A stretch of DNA of 64,000 bases from an uncultured Alphaproteobacteria bacterium (GCA_963779345.1 CAVZXY010000006.1:114057-178056); one strand, 5' to 3'; positions 21,154 to 31,853 are shown, counted from the stretch's first letter. Numbers and translations are program-made. Notes: generated by a model from the letters alone, not told the origin.

Positions 21154-21215
21154 GGCCCCGCCTCCCTTGGTTTTTTTGCAAGGATAGCCAAGCGGGCCCG
21201 GCGCAGGCAACTATC

Positions 21216-21231
21216 GTTAATTTTTGGTTAA
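21216..21231 (-). promoter_or_regulatory. CtrA-like binding site
   Basis: Minus strand reads TTAA-CCAAAAA-TTAAC, the full TTAA-N7-TTAAC consensus. Confidence 0.5.
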
Positions 21232-21345
21232 TGGGCCCCAAGCCGTTGATACTTATCAATTTGCTCCCCCCGGTCGGCAATAGACTGGGGAACCCCGCTG
21301 TCGTAGTTTCCGCCGCGCTTCCGCCCCCGAATTTGGAGCTCTCCC

Positions 21346-22305
21346 ATGGCCGGCCCTGTTATTGCTGTCACTGATAGCGTGTTCCCCTCGCTCGACCCCG
21401 CCAAGGCGGCGCTCGCTCGGCTCAATCCGACGTTTCGCATATCGAAAAGCGCCGGCGCCGACGACATCATGGCGGTCGCCAAGGACGCCGACGCCATTCT
21501 CGTGACTTATGCCAAGCTCACGCGCGACCTGCTGAGCCAGCTCACCAAATGTAGGGCGATCGGCCGCTTTGGCCTCGGCGTCGACAACATCGACCTGCCT
21601 ACCGCCAAGGAGAAAGGCATCGCTGTCAACTACGTGCCCGACTATTGCATCCGCGAAGTCTCCGACCACGCCACGGCGCTGCTGCTCTCGCTGATCCGCA
21701 AGATCCCATTGTCCAACAAACTGGTGCAGGCGGGCCGCTGGGAAATGCCGGCGGTGGTACCGATCCGGCGGCTGGAGGGAACGGTGCTCGGCCTTGTCGG
21801 CTTCGGCCATATCCCGCGGCTGGTGGTGCCCAAGGCGCAGGCCTTCGGCATGAAGGTCATCGCCTACGATCCGTTCGTGAAGCCGGAGCAGTTCAAGGCT
21901 CTCAAGGTCGAGGGCGTCGACTTCGACACGCTGCTCAAGACATCCGACTACATCTCGGTGCACGCGCCGCTGCTGCCGGCGACGCGCGGCATGCTGAATG
22001 CCGACGCCTTTGGCAAAGTGAAGAAGGGCGTCTACATCGTCAACACCGCGCGCGGTCCGCTGATCGACGAGCCGGCGCTGATCGCCGCGCTCGATGCCGG
22101 TCAGGTCGGCGGCGCCGCACTCGACGTGGTGACGACCGAACCGCTGGCCAAGGACTCGCCCTTGCTCGGCCGCGACAACGTCATCGTCACGCCGCACACC
22201 GGTTTCTATTCGATCGAGGCGCTCGAGGAACTGCAGACCAAATGCGCGGCCGACGTCGCGCGCGTGCTCAGCGGCGAAAAAGCGGTTTACCCGATCAGCG
22301 CATGA
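21346..22305 (+). CDS. D-isomer 2-hydroxyacid dehydrogenase (CtBP-like)
   Basis: GLGVDNID, GLVGFGHI, NTARG, TPH. Confidence 0.92.
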   Translation: MAGPVIAVTDSVFPSLDPAKAALARLNPTFRISKSAGADDIMAVAKDADAILVTYAKLTRDLLSQLTKCRAIGRFGLGVDNIDLPTAKEKGIAVNYVPDYCIREVSDHATALLLSLIRKIPLSNKLVQAGRWEMPAVVPIRRLEGTVLGLVGFGHIPRLVVPKAQAFGMKVIAYDPFVKPEQFKALKVEGVDFDTLLKTSDYISVHAPLLPATRGMLNADAFGKVKKGVYIVNTARGPLIDEPALIAALDAGQVGGAALDVVTTEPLAKDSPLLGRDNVIVTPHTGFYSIEALEELQTKCAADVARVLSGEKAVYPISA

Positions 22306-22799
22306 CGGCCGAACCAGTTTTCGCCGCGCCGTTCGTCTCGACGGTGATGCGGCTCGAGCCGCAGTGGATCGACTATAACGGCCATCTCAACGTCGCCTAT
22401 TACAACGTGCTGTTCGACCGCGCGGTGGACGAGGTCTACGAACTCATCGGCCTCGGGCCCTCTTATCTCGAGCGCACCAAGCACTCGACCATGGTGGTCG
22501 AGGCGCATGTGCGTTACTTGCGCGAGCTGAAGCTGGAAGACCCGGTGCGCGTCGTCGTGCAGTTGCTCGACTACGACGCCAAGCGCATCCATCTGTTCGA
22601 GGAACTGCGCCACGCGACCGAGGATTGGGTGTCGGCCACCTCTGAAAACATGACCTTGAGCGTCAATATGACGACCAAGAAAGTCGCGCCATTTCACGAT
22701 AGCATCTTGCGTCTGCTCGAGCGCATGAAGACGGCCCACGCCGGGCTGCCGCGGCCCGACGGCGCCGGCCGCAGCGTCCGGATGCCGGACAAGCACTGA
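22302..22799 (+). CDS. Thioesterase (hot-dog fold)
   Basis: WIDYNGHLNVAYY; ATG 22302 overlaps the upstream stop. Confidence 0.9.
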   Translation: MTAEPVFAAPFVSTVMRLEPQWIDYNGHLNVAYYNVLFDRAVDEVYELIGLGPSYLERTKHSTMVVEAHVRYLRELKLEDPVRVVVQLLDYDAKRIHLFEELRHATEDWVSATSENMTLSVNMTTKKVAPFHDSILRLLERMKTAHAGLPRPDGAGRSVRMPDKH

Positions 22800-22855
22800 C
22801 TGCTTGCCTACGCCAGCGATGCGGCGATAGCCTGCGCGCCTTCAACGATGCCGAT

Positions 22856-23650
22856 ATGCCCGAGCAGTTGAAAAACATCGCCATCGACGGCCGCCACCTC
22901 GCCTACCGCGAGGCCGGCAGCGGGCCGCCGGTCGTCTTCTTGCACGGGCTCGGCGGCAATTCGGCGTCGTGGCAGCCGCAATTCGAGTCGTTCGCGGACC
23001 GCTACCGCCTTGTCGCCTGGGACATGCCCGGCTTCGGCAGTTCCGAATTGATGCCGCTGTCGACGACGCGCAACTACAGCACGCTGGCGCGCCGGTTCAT
23101 GGACGCGCTCGGCATCGACCGCGCGGTCGGCGTTGCCACGTCCTATGGCACGGTGATCCTGGCCGATCTTGCCGCGGCGAATCCGGGCCGTATTCGCGCC
23201 ATGGTGTTTGCCTGCGGCGTCACCGGCATGGCTCATCTCGACAGCCGAGAGCGTGCACGGCTGCGCGCCGTCCGCCGCTCCGACCTGGAACGCCTCGGCC
23301 AGCGCAAGTTCGCGGAGCAGCGCAACGCGACCTACGTGCAAGGCGGCGGCGCCGCGCTGGTAGCGAAGGTGGTCGAACTCGCCGGCTCGGCCACGACCGA
23401 AGGCTACTTGCAGGCTTACGGCGCGATGACGGAATCGAATATTTTCGATTCGCTCAGCCATATCGACGTGCCGGCGCTGGTGCTATCCGGCGCTAACGAT
23501 CCGATCGCCAAGGCGACCGATTGCGAGCGCGTGGCGCGCGCGCTGCCGCAGGCCGAGTACCGCTGCATCGACAATTGCGGCCACTACGTCAATCTCGAAC
23601 AGGCGGAAACCTTCAACCGTCTGCTCGGCGATTTCCTGGCGCGTCGCTGA
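22856..23650 (+). CDS. Alpha/beta hydrolase
   Basis: FLHGLGG, WDMPGFG, ATSYG nucleophile elbow, GH catalytic His. Confidence 0.9.
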   Translation: MPEQLKNIAIDGRHLAYREAGSGPPVVFLHGLGGNSASWQPQFESFADRYRLVAWDMPGFGSSELMPLSTTRNYSTLARRFMDALGIDRAVGVATSYGTVILADLAAANPGRIRAMVFACGVTGMAHLDSRERARLRAVRRSDLERLGQRKFAEQRNATYVQGGGAALVAKVVELAGSATTEGYLQAYGAMTESNIFDSLSHIDVPALVLSGANDPIAKATDCERVARALPQAEYRCIDNCGHYVNLEQAETFNRLLGDFLARR

Positions 23651-24616
23651 TTATTGCGGTTGGATGCCGGCGGCCTTCACCAGCCTCTCGTTGAGCTTGA
23701 GCTCGTTCTTGAAATAGGCCTCGAACGCATCGAGCGTCATATCCATCGGCTCGGCGCCGAATTTGGCGAGGCGGTCCTTCACCGCCGGCACTTGCAGGGC
23801 TTTGCGGATTTCGTCGTGCAGACGCGCGACGATCGGCTGGGGCGTCGCCGCCGGCACGAACACGCCGATCCAGAAATTATAGTCGGAATTTGGATAGCCC
23901 GCTTCCACCGTTGTCGGAAGCTCGGGCATCAGCGAGGAGCGGCCGGAACTGCCGATGGCGAGCGCCTCAACTTTGTGCTCGCGGATGAGGCCGAGCGCGG
24001 CGGTGATCGGCGTGAAAAAGAAGTCGACACGTCCGGCGGCGAGATCGGCGACACCCTCGGCGGTGCCCTTGAACGGCACTTGCGTCGCCTTGAACCCCGC
24101 GCTCAGGCCCAGCCGCTCGGCAGTCAGGTTGCCGGTGCTGCCGGGGCCGATCGAGGCGTAAAGCAGGGCGCCGGGTTTTGCCTTCGCCTTCTCGACCAGG
24201 TCCTTGAGCGACTTGAAGCGCCCGGCCGGGACGATCATGACGTTGGTCAGATTGCCGAGCGGCATCACGGCGCGCAGACCGCGCACCGTTTCGTAGGGCA
24301 GCGTCTTGTGCGTAAATGGCGCGATGGCGATGCCCGAGGTAGTGACCAGCACGGTGTAGCCGTCAGGTTGCGCCTTCGCGGCTGCCGCGATGCCGATGAC
24401 GTTCGCTGCGCCCGGCTTGTTTTCGGCGACAACGGTCTGCCCGATCTGTTGTCCCACCTGGTCGAAGACGATACGCGCCGTGACGTCGAGGGCGCTGCCC
24501 GGGGTGTTGGAGATGATGACGTGGATCGGCTCTTTTGTCGGCCATTGCTGGGCGGCAGCGGCGCCTTGCACGGCAAATACCGCGATCAAGCCCAGCAAGA
24601 GATGTTTGCGCATCAT
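23651..24616 (-). CDS. Bug/TctC tripartite tricarboxylate transporter substrate-binding protein
   Basis: ENKPGA, PDGYT, VPFKG, LPTTVEAG. Confidence 0.92.
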   Translation of the reverse strand: MMRKHLLLGLIAVFAVQGAAAAQQWPTKEPIHVIISNTPGSALDVTARIVFDQVGQQIGQTVVAENKPGAANVIGIAAAAKAQPDGYTVLVTTSGIAIAPFTHKTLPYETVRGLRAVMPLGNLTNVMIVPAGRFKSLKDLVEKAKAKPGALLYASIGPGSTGNLTAERLGLSAGFKATQVPFKGTAEGVADLAAGRVDFFFTPITAALGLIREHKVEALAIGSSGRSSLMPELPTTVEAGYPNSDYNFWIGVFVPAATPQPIVARLHDEIRKALQVPAVKDRLAKFGAEPMDMTLDAFEAYFKNELKLNERLVKAAGIQPQ

Positions 24617-24648
24617 GTTTCTTCCCTTGTCCTGCGGTCACAAGCGCT

Positions 24649-25578
24649 TCAGTTGCCGCGCAATACCTCGTTCTTCAATGCCAACTCGCGCATCGCCCCG
24701 ATAAATACCTTGACCGCAGGCGCGGATTCATTGGTTCGGTGCATGAACGAGAACACCACGTCGGGCACGGCTTTGGCGGCGAGCTTCTTGAAAGTCACGT
24801 TGGGGATATGGCATTTCGCCATGTCCTGCGAAACCGCCGCAATTCCGTAGCCAAGCGAGACATAGGTCAGCACGGTCGTCAGGTCTTCCGCGCGTTTCGA
24901 TATTTTCGGCGTGAACCCGCCCAGGTTTGCGATCGCCTCGACATGGCGGGTGAAGGCGAAATCGTTGCCCACCGACGTGCTGACGAAGGATTCGTCGGCG
25001 AGAGCTTTCGGATCGATGGTGCCGCTCTTGCGCGCGAGCGGGTGGCCGCCGGGCAGCGCCAGAATGACGGGCGCGCGGTAAAATGGAAAGCCGTTCAGGC
25101 CGGTAGGAAACTGCTTGAGCACGCGCGCAAAGCCGACATCGAGTTCGTCCGATAAAATTCCACTGACCAGATTGACCGTCGAGACCTGGTGCAGGATGAT
25201 GTCGATGCCCGGGTAATTATTTTGAAAATTCTTGATAAAGCGCTGGACCACCCCGGAATACGCCGTGGTGATCATATAGCCGATTTCGAGCCGGCCGATT
25301 TCTCCGCGCGCGGCCTTGCGTGCCGTCTTCTCCGCCTCGTCGGCCCAATGCAGGACATCGCGCGAGCATTCGAGGAACCGGATGCCGGCCTCCGTGAGTT
25401 GAAGCTTCTTTTTGGTTTTGCGATTCAGCAACCGGACATTGAGGCCCTTTTCGAGTTTTTGGATCTGGTGCGTGAGCGTCGGCGGCGTGATGGCCAGCCG
25501 TTCGGCAGCGCGTGAAAAGTTTTCTTCTTCGCACAGCGTCACAAAATACCGATAAAGGCGAAGTTCCGTATTGGCCAT
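24649..25578 (-). CDS. LysR-family regulator
   Basis: NFSRAAERLAITPPTLTHQIQKLE HTH. Confidence 0.93.
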   Translation of the reverse strand: MANTELRLYRYFVTLCEEENFSRAAERLAITPPTLTHQIQKLEKGLNVRLLNRKTKKKLQLTEAGIRFLECSRDVLHWADEAEKTARKAARGEIGRLEIGYMITTAYSGVVQRFIKNFQNNYPGIDIILHQVSTVNLVSGILSDELDVGFARVLKQFPTGLNGFPFYRAPVILALPGGHPLARKSGTIDPKALADESFVSTSVGNDFAFTRHVEAIANLGGFTPKISKRAEDLTTVLTYVSLGYGIAAVSQDMAKCHIPNVTFKKLAAKAVPDVVFSFMHRTNESAPAVKVFIGAMRELALKNEVLRGN

Positions 25579-25843
25579 CAGTCTATGCCGGTCGCGGCAG
25601 CGGTGAGCGCTTCACTGTTCGATACCGTCTAATAAAACGCTTGTTGCACTTTAATGACAGACCGCCGACGCGGCGGCTAAGGACAACCAGATAGGGTGCT
25701 GGTGCGGCTACCGCAACCGGCACTCGGCCGTATCGCAATACCATTGCGACAACTACACGTTGCGCAATTTAGGACAAGAGCCTTCGGATGGCCAGCGCCA
25801 TCCCCCGTGAACAAGTTGAACTCCCGCAGAGAAAATTTCCCGA

Positions 25844-26248
25844 ATGATCGCAAAGAAAGTTCCCGATCCCACCGACAGGCATGTCGGTGCGCGCGTCCGC
25901 ATGCGGCGGATGATGTTGAGCATGAGCCAGGAAAAGCTTGGCGATGCGCTCGGCCTGACGTTCCAGCAAGTGCAGAAATACGAGAAGGGCACCAACCGCA
26001 TCGGTGCCAGCCGCCTGCAGCATATCTCCAGCATCTTGCAGGTGCCGGTTTCGTTTTTCTTTGAAGGCGGGCCGCGCACCAGCCATTCGAACGGCATGAG
26101 CGAAGCATCGTCGCCGAGCTACGTGTCGGACTTTCTCGCCACGTCCGACGGTCTCTCGCTAACCAAGGCGTTCATGCGCATCAAGAGCAGCAAGTTGCGC
26201 CGCCGGATCGTCGATCTGGTGGAGCATATTGCCGAAGACGCGCGCTGA
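25844..26248 (+). CDS. XRE-family HTH regulator
   Basis: HVGARVRMRR...SQEKLG...TFQQVQKYEKGTNR. Confidence 0.92.
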   Translation: MIAKKVPDPTDRHVGARVRMRRMMLSMSQEKLGDALGLTFQQVQKYEKGTNRIGASRLQHISSILQVPVSFFFEGGPRTSHSNGMSEASSPSYVSDFLATSDGLSLTKAFMRIKSSKLRRRIVDLVEHIAEDAR

Positions 26249-26443
26249 AACGGCCGCCGGTTTTCTCGCTGCCGATTTGACATCAGGCGTCAACGCAGCA
26301 CCGCATGTGCCGCGCCGGCGATCCGGCACACGAACGCGTTGGGAAACATCCCCGCGCGATTGACACATTTTGAATGCCGGCCGATAGCATCCTGCCGTCG
26401 CCATCCAGCTGTACTGGATCGCGGTACGTCGCGAGGACATGCC

Positions 26444-27424
26444 ATGCACACGACCAACCGCCGCCGTTTTCTGACGCTTGCCTCCGCCGCGCTGGCCGCG
26501 CCCGCGCTATCGCGCCGGGCCTTCGCCGACGTTTGGCCCAAGGACAAGATCATCCGCGCGATCGTGCCCTTTTCCGCGGGCAGCACGGTCGACATCATCG
26601 GCCGCATCGTGCTCGATCCGCTATCGCGGCAGCTCGGCCAGACCATCATCGTGGAAAATCGCGGCGGCGCCGGCGGCACCATCGGCTCGGCTGTCGCCGC
26701 CAAGGCGGACCCGGACGGCTACACGCTGTTGATCAACGCCGCCGCCCATTCCGCGGCGCCTGCCGCCTATCCGCACATCGCTTACGATCCGTCCAAGGAC
26801 TTCGCGGCCGTCGCCATGTTCGGCGTGGTGCCGAACGTGCTGATGGTGGCGCCCTCGAGCGGCATCAAGACCGCCAAGGAACTGGCCGAGCGCGCCAAGG
26901 ACGGCCACATGACGTTTTCCTCTGCCGGCGTCGGCAGCGCCACCCATTGGGCGGCCGAGCGCTTCATTCTCGCCGCCGGCTTCAAGGCAACGCACATTCC
27001 GTTCCGCGGCGGGCCGGAGGCGCTCACCGAAGTGATGACCGGCCGCGTCGATTTCTGCTGCATCGGCATCTCCTCCGCGATGTCATTGATCAAGGACGGC
27101 CGCCTGCTGCCGCTGGCCGTCAGCACGACCAAGCGCTCGCCGGCCCTGCCGAACGTGCCGACCACGATCGAGGCGGGCTTCCCGGATTCCGATTACACCT
27201 TCTGGAACGGCATGCTGGCGCCGGGGAAGACGCCGCGGCCAATCATCGAACGGCTGCACGCCGAGGTGCAGAAGGCGCTGGCGCTGCCCGACGTACAGGC
27301 CAAGCTCGCGCCGCAAGGCGTCGAGCCGCTGCCTCTGTCGCCCGCCGAATTCGACGCCATGATCGCCAAGGAAATCGTGTCCAACATCAAGCTCGCCAAG
27401 GCGGCCGGCCTGAAGTTCAACTGA
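26444..27424 (+). CDS. Bug/TctC substrate-binding protein with Tat signal
   Basis: NRRRFL Tat motif; ENRGGAGG, PDGYTLL. Confidence 0.92.
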   Translation: MHTTNRRRFLTLASAALAAPALSRRAFADVWPKDKIIRAIVPFSAGSTVDIIGRIVLDPLSRQLGQTIIVENRGGAGGTIGSAVAAKADPDGYTLLINAAAHSAAPAAYPHIAYDPSKDFAAVAMFGVVPNVLMVAPSSGIKTAKELAERAKDGHMTFSSAGVGSATHWAAERFILAAGFKATHIPFRGGPEALTEVMTGRVDFCCIGISSAMSLIKDGRLLPLAVSTTKRSPALPNVPTTIEAGFPDSDYTFWNGMLAPGKTPRPIIERLHAEVQKALALPDVQAKLAPQGVEPLPLSPAEFDAMIAKEIVSNIKLAKAAGLKFN

Positions 27425-27663
27425 TCATAGGGCGCCGGTCGCGCCTGTTCGGTGGCCGATCAAAGAAACGGCAGAGCGTTTCCGCCGTGCCCGGCAAAGC
27501 CCTAAGCTGTCGCCCGCGGTCGCCGCTCCGCCAGCTTGGCGATGCGCCGGCCGAGAACTCTTTCCAATCCGGCTCGCTAGGTATTGATGTTTCCGGCCGC
27601 TGGTGCAGCGGCGTTGTGGCACCACGCGTCGCGTCCGCCATGACACGGCGCGCAGCGTTGAGG

Positions 27664-28005
27664 TCAAGCGGCCTGAGCGGTCTTGAGCGCGAGGATGGCG
27701 TCGCGAACTTCGCTCGTGGCGTGCGCATAGCTCGTGCCGCTGTTGAGCGCGCGCTCCGCTTCGTCGTACCTCTTGCTGTTGATGAGCTCGGCGACCTTCG
27801 CCGCCTCGCCGTGGAATGTCTTGTGCAGCCCGACAAGCGACTTGAATTTCGGCTTGGCGCCGAATAGCGCCTTGCCGTCGCCGTGCAGCCATTTTCCGAG
27901 CTCGCAGCAATGATCCTTGGCGATCTCCGCCGAATCCAGTTGCTCCTGGTGCGCAATCGCGGCGCGGAGTTTGATCAGCCGCAGAACGTTGACGAATGCA
28001 AACAT
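27664..28005 (-). CDS. CZB (chemoreceptor zinc-binding) domain protein, N-terminus apparently truncated
   Basis: CELGKWL and HKTFH motifs present; the first helix His (AI.AH..W) is absent. Confidence 0.65.
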   Translation of the reverse strand: MFAFVNVLRLIKLRAAIAHQEQLDSAEIAKDHCCELGKWLHGDGKALFGAKPKFKSLVGLHKTFHGEAAKVAELINSKRYDEAERALNSGTSYAHATSEVRDAILALKTAQAA

Positions 28006-28368
28006 GCACGCGTCGCACGCGCGCGCAGTCGTCGAACAATTTCGTCTCGCCCGAAGATCAAGTTCGCGAACGGTCGGTGCCCGCGCCTTTCAATCTCGCC
28101 GCCGGAATATTTTCTCACCGGCACGCTCAGGAGATATCCGGCCATGCATCGAGCATGCCGCCGCGCGGGCGGACGTAGCCGGCTCATTGCCGTTGGTGTG
28201 GATGCCGCAGAGAGTGGACGCTCAGCGGGTAGGAGACGGCGGCCGCTGAAATCCGCGTGAATCGCGCTACAGCTCGTCTTTATGGTAGATAAACTTCCGT
28301 TTGTGGCAATTTTGCCACACAAAACGGCATCCGAGCCTGCTGGAGTAATGTCAACAAGAGGGCGTGAC

Positions 28369-29082
28369 ATGAAAATCAAAGAGCTGTTCCTGGCGAGCGC
28401 CGCAATTGTCGCATTGCCAATTGGCGTCGCCAGCGCGACCGACCTTCCGGTTCGGATGCCGGTCAAGGCCGCGCCGATGTCGCCGCCGCCCTTTAATTGG
28501 ACCGGCTTCTATGTGGGCGCGAACGCGGGCGTCGTTTGGGGGCGCAGCGAACAGACGGTCGACATCGATGACCTTCCGCTCGGCATTCCCGCCGACACCT
28601 CCACCTACACGGGTTTCATCGGCGGCGTGCAGGCCGGTTATAATTGGCAGTTTTCCAATGTCGTACTCGGCATCGAGGCGGATATTGATGGATCCACCGC
28701 CCGCAAGAGCGTGGTGACTGGGCCGCTCGACACCCACAATATGGCATTGAATTGGCTAAGCACGGTGCGCGGGCGCGCCGGCTTGGCCTTTGACCGGTTC
28801 CTTCCCTATTTCACCGGCGGCGTCGCGTTCGCAGGTTTGAAGAACGAGTTGGTCGATAACAACGCGCCCTTGACCGCCGACCGGGGCAACACCGCTACCG
28901 GATGGACGATCGGCGGCGGTCTCGAATATGCCTTCGACAATCATTGGTCCGCCAAGGCGGAATATCTGTACGTCAAATTTCCCGACAAGACTGTGACCAT
29001 CGCGCCTGGCGGTTACACCTTCCAGACGACGTTCAAGGACACCGATCAGCTCGCCCGCATCGGCCTCAACTATCGATTCTAG
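28369..29082 (+). CDS. Omp25/RopB-like outer membrane beta-barrel protein
   Basis: DLP..KA, WTGFYVG, GYNWQ, C-terminal GLNYRF. Confidence 0.92.
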   Translation: MKIKELFLASAAIVALPIGVASATDLPVRMPVKAAPMSPPPFNWTGFYVGANAGVVWGRSEQTVDIDDLPLGIPADTSTYTGFIGGVQAGYNWQFSNVVLGIEADIDGSTARKSVVTGPLDTHNMALNWLSTVRGRAGLAFDRFLPYFTGGVAFAGLKNELVDNNAPLTADRGNTATGWTIGGGLEYAFDNHWSAKAEYLYVKFPDKTVTIAPGGYTFQTTFKDTDQLARIGLNYRF

Positions 29083-29109
29083 TTTCAGCGGCGGAGGACG
29101 GGAACCCGC

Positions 29110-30558
29110 GTGAGCACAGTTCCCTGGACCTTCGCCGACTTTATCCTTCATCACGCGCGCACGCGGCCTGAAAAGCCGGCCATCGTTCTGGCCGACCGCG
29201 TCGTGACTTACGACATGATGGCGCAGGGCATGCTGCGGGTGGAAGAGCGCCTTCGCGCGCTCAACCTTGCGCCGCACGAACTCGTTTGCATCGCCATCGA
29301 AAACCCGATCCGGCATTTGATCGTCGCGGCCGCGCTGTTCCGGCTCGGCCACCCGATCATGTCCGCGACCAAAGCCAACGACATGATTCCGTTTCGATTG
29401 CCGGTGCGTGTGTTCCTGCAAGCCGATCCGGAACCGCTCATCCCCGGCTGCCGGCAGGTCATGGTCGGCGACGAATGGTTCGCCGGCGATCGAACGACGA
29501 TTGACGCTCAACCGTCGAATAGCTTCGAGAGCGATCAAAGCATCTGCCGCGTCGACCTTTCCTCCGGCACGACCGGCCGGCCGAAGGCGCTGTCGCTCAC
29601 CGTTAAGTCGTTCCACCAGTATCTGGCGAACTACCACCCCGCCATCGGACTTGGAACATGGGACCGCCTGTTGAGCTTGCCCGGCGTCACCAGCTGCTGG
29701 GGATTCACGCTGGCGGCGCATGTTTTGTTCGCGGGTAAAACAATGATTCGCGCGACCGGCCCGCGCAACTCATTGCAGATGATCTCGGTCTATGGCGCCG
29801 AGGCGCTGGTAGCGTCGAGCCAGCAATTGCGCGAACTCGTGCGCGCGCAGACGGAAACTTCGGTGCCGTGCCCGAGCCTGCGCGTCATCATGGTGTCTGG
29901 CGGGCTTGTTTCGCGCGCACTGATGCTCGAAGCGCGCGCCAAGCTGTGTTCGTCGATTGTCAGTCAATACGGATCGACCGAGGCGGGCTCGACCGCATTC
30001 GCCATGGCGGAACAGATCGAGGACGTCGAGGGCGGCACCGGCTATGTTGTGCCCGGTGCGCAGGTGGAAATCGTCGACGACAACGATGCCAAGCTGCCGC
30101 CTGACACTGACGGCATCGTGCGGCTTCGCACCGACTGGCAGGCGCAGCCGTTTCCGCCCGGCAGCGCCGGCGCGCATTCCGAATTCCACGACGGCTGGTT
30201 CTATCCCGGCGACCGCGGCCGTATCGCCCCGGACGGCCTCCTGATTCTCACCGGCCGCACGTCGGAAGTGATCAATGCCGGCGGCCTCAAGCTCGCGCCG
30301 GAAGTTGTCGAGGAAATCCTCAGCAGCCATCCGACCGTCGCCGACGTGGGCGCGTTCGGCGCGCGGACGCCGAGCGGCATCGAGGAAATCTGCATCGCCA
30401 TCGTGCCGCGCGCGTCCTTGAGCGAGCAGCACATCATCGAATGGTGCGCCGAACGCAATGTGCCGATATCGCGGGTGTTTATGGTCGAGACGCTGCCGAA
30501 AACACCATCGGGCAAAATTCATCGCAGCGAACTCAAGCGGCAGTTTACGAAGAGCTAG
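29110..30558 (+). CDS. Class I adenylate-forming (acyl-CoA ligase-like) enzyme
   Basis: SSGTTGRPK, YGSTE, GWFYPGD, LPKTPSGK. Confidence 0.9.
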   Translation: MSTVPWTFADFILHHARTRPEKPAIVLADRVVTYDMMAQGMLRVEERLRALNLAPHELVCIAIENPIRHLIVAAALFRLGHPIMSATKANDMIPFRLPVRVFLQADPEPLIPGCRQVMVGDEWFAGDRTTIDAQPSNSFESDQSICRVDLSSGTTGRPKALSLTVKSFHQYLANYHPAIGLGTWDRLLSLPGVTSCWGFTLAAHVLFAGKTMIRATGPRNSLQMISVYGAEALVASSQQLRELVRAQTETSVPCPSLRVIMVSGGLVSRALMLEARAKLCSSIVSQYGSTEAGSTAFAMAEQIEDVEGGTGYVVPGAQVEIVDDNDAKLPPDTDGIVRLRTDWQAQPFPPGSAGAHSEFHDGWFYPGDRGRIAPDGLLILTGRTSEVINAGGLKLAPEVVEEILSSHPTVADVGAFGARTPSGIEEICIAIVPRASLSEQHIIEWCAERNVPISRVFMVETLPKTPSGKIHRSELKRQFTKS

Positions 30559-30587
30559 CCTGCCGCCACGCGCGGAAAGGACTGACC

Positions 30588-31853
30588 ATGGCCAATATCG
30601 CGGCACTAGATGCACGCCCCGTCCAAGGCGGGTGGGATAAGGCCAGCGTCACCGTCCTGGCGATTTGCGCTCTCGGCTGGGTGTTCGACGTCTACGAGCA
30701 GACGGTCATGCAGATCGTCACGCCGATCCTGATCAAGGAGTGGAACGTCTCGCCGGCGACCATGGGCAGCGTGACGACGATCGGCCGCTGGGTCGGCCTG
30801 ATCGGCATTTTCGTCTTCCCGGCGCTGGCGGATCTCTATGGCCGCAAACCGATCCTCATCATCTCGATCTTGGGCTATTCGCTGTTCTCCGGGCTGACCG
30901 GTTTTGCCGCCGGCTGGGTCAGCCTGCTCGTGCTGACCTCCGTCAACCGCATCGCGCTCTCCGGTGAATTGCCCGTCGGCATGGTGATGGTCACCGAAAC
31001 CGCGCCGACCAAATGGCGCGCCAGCGCGCTGAGCATCCTCAACGGCGGTTTTCCGTTCGGCTACATGCTGTGCTCGCTCGCGGCTTATTTCATCGTACCG
31101 TTGTATGGGTGGCGGATGCTGTACTGGCTCGGCGTCATCCCGGCGCTGCTGGTCTTATGGATTCGCACCGGCATCAAGGAGAGCCCGCGCTTCGAACGCG
31201 TCTCCGCGGCGATGGCGCGCGACGGCATAAAGCGGCGCTTCGATATCTGGTCGCCGGTGCGGAAATATCCGCGCGACATGCTGATCGCGTCCCTGGTCTA
31301 TTTCTTTTATCTGTTCACCTGGATCGGCTGGTCCGCCTGGATGCCGCAGTTCCTGGCGGTGGAGAAGAAACTCGGCTTCCAAGTCACGGTCAAATACCTG
31401 TCGATCTGGATGTTCGTCGCCATCTTCGCCTATTGGGTTTTGGGCTGGTGCGCCGACCGGTTCGGACGGCGCTATCTGATCCCGGTCCTCGCCGTGCCTG
31501 CATCCGCCATCCTGTTTTCCATGGGCCACTTGAACGACCCGACGAGCCTGTTCTGGGCCGGCCTCGGCGTGAACGTGCTGATCCTGGGCAGCTTCGGCGC
31601 CGGCCTCGGCTACACCGCGGAGCTGTTCCCGACGCAAATCCGCGGCACGGCCGTCGGCGCCGCCTACACCTTCGGCACCGCGGCCGGCGCCACCGCCCCG
31701 ACGATCATGGGCGTGATCGCCAACAAGCATTCCATTGCCGCGGGCCTGCCGCTGCTGGCTTTGTCGTTTCTGCTGCTGGCGCCGCTGTTTCTGTTTTTCG
31801 CCCGCGACACGACGCGCAAGGACCTGACCGATTTCGTCGGGCAGGAAGCGTAA
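30588..31853 (+). CDS. MFS transporter (aromatic/organic acid type)
   Basis: LADLYGRK, ADRFGRR, ELFPTQIRG. Confidence 0.9.
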   Translation: MANIAALDARPVQGGWDKASVTVLAICALGWVFDVYEQTVMQIVTPILIKEWNVSPATMGSVTTIGRWVGLIGIFVFPALADLYGRKPILIISILGYSLFSGLTGFAAGWVSLLVLTSVNRIALSGELPVGMVMVTETAPTKWRASALSILNGGFPFGYMLCSLAAYFIVPLYGWRMLYWLGVIPALLVLWIRTGIKESPRFERVSAAMARDGIKRRFDIWSPVRKYPRDMLIASLVYFFYLFTWIGWSAWMPQFLAVEKKLGFQVTVKYLSIWMFVAIFAYWVLGWCADRFGRRYLIPVLAVPASAILFSMGHLNDPTSLFWAGLGVNVLILGSFGAGLGYTAELFPTQIRGTAVGAAYTFGTAAGATAPTIMGVIANKHSIAAGLPLLALSFLLLAPLFLFFARDTTRKDLTDFVGQEA

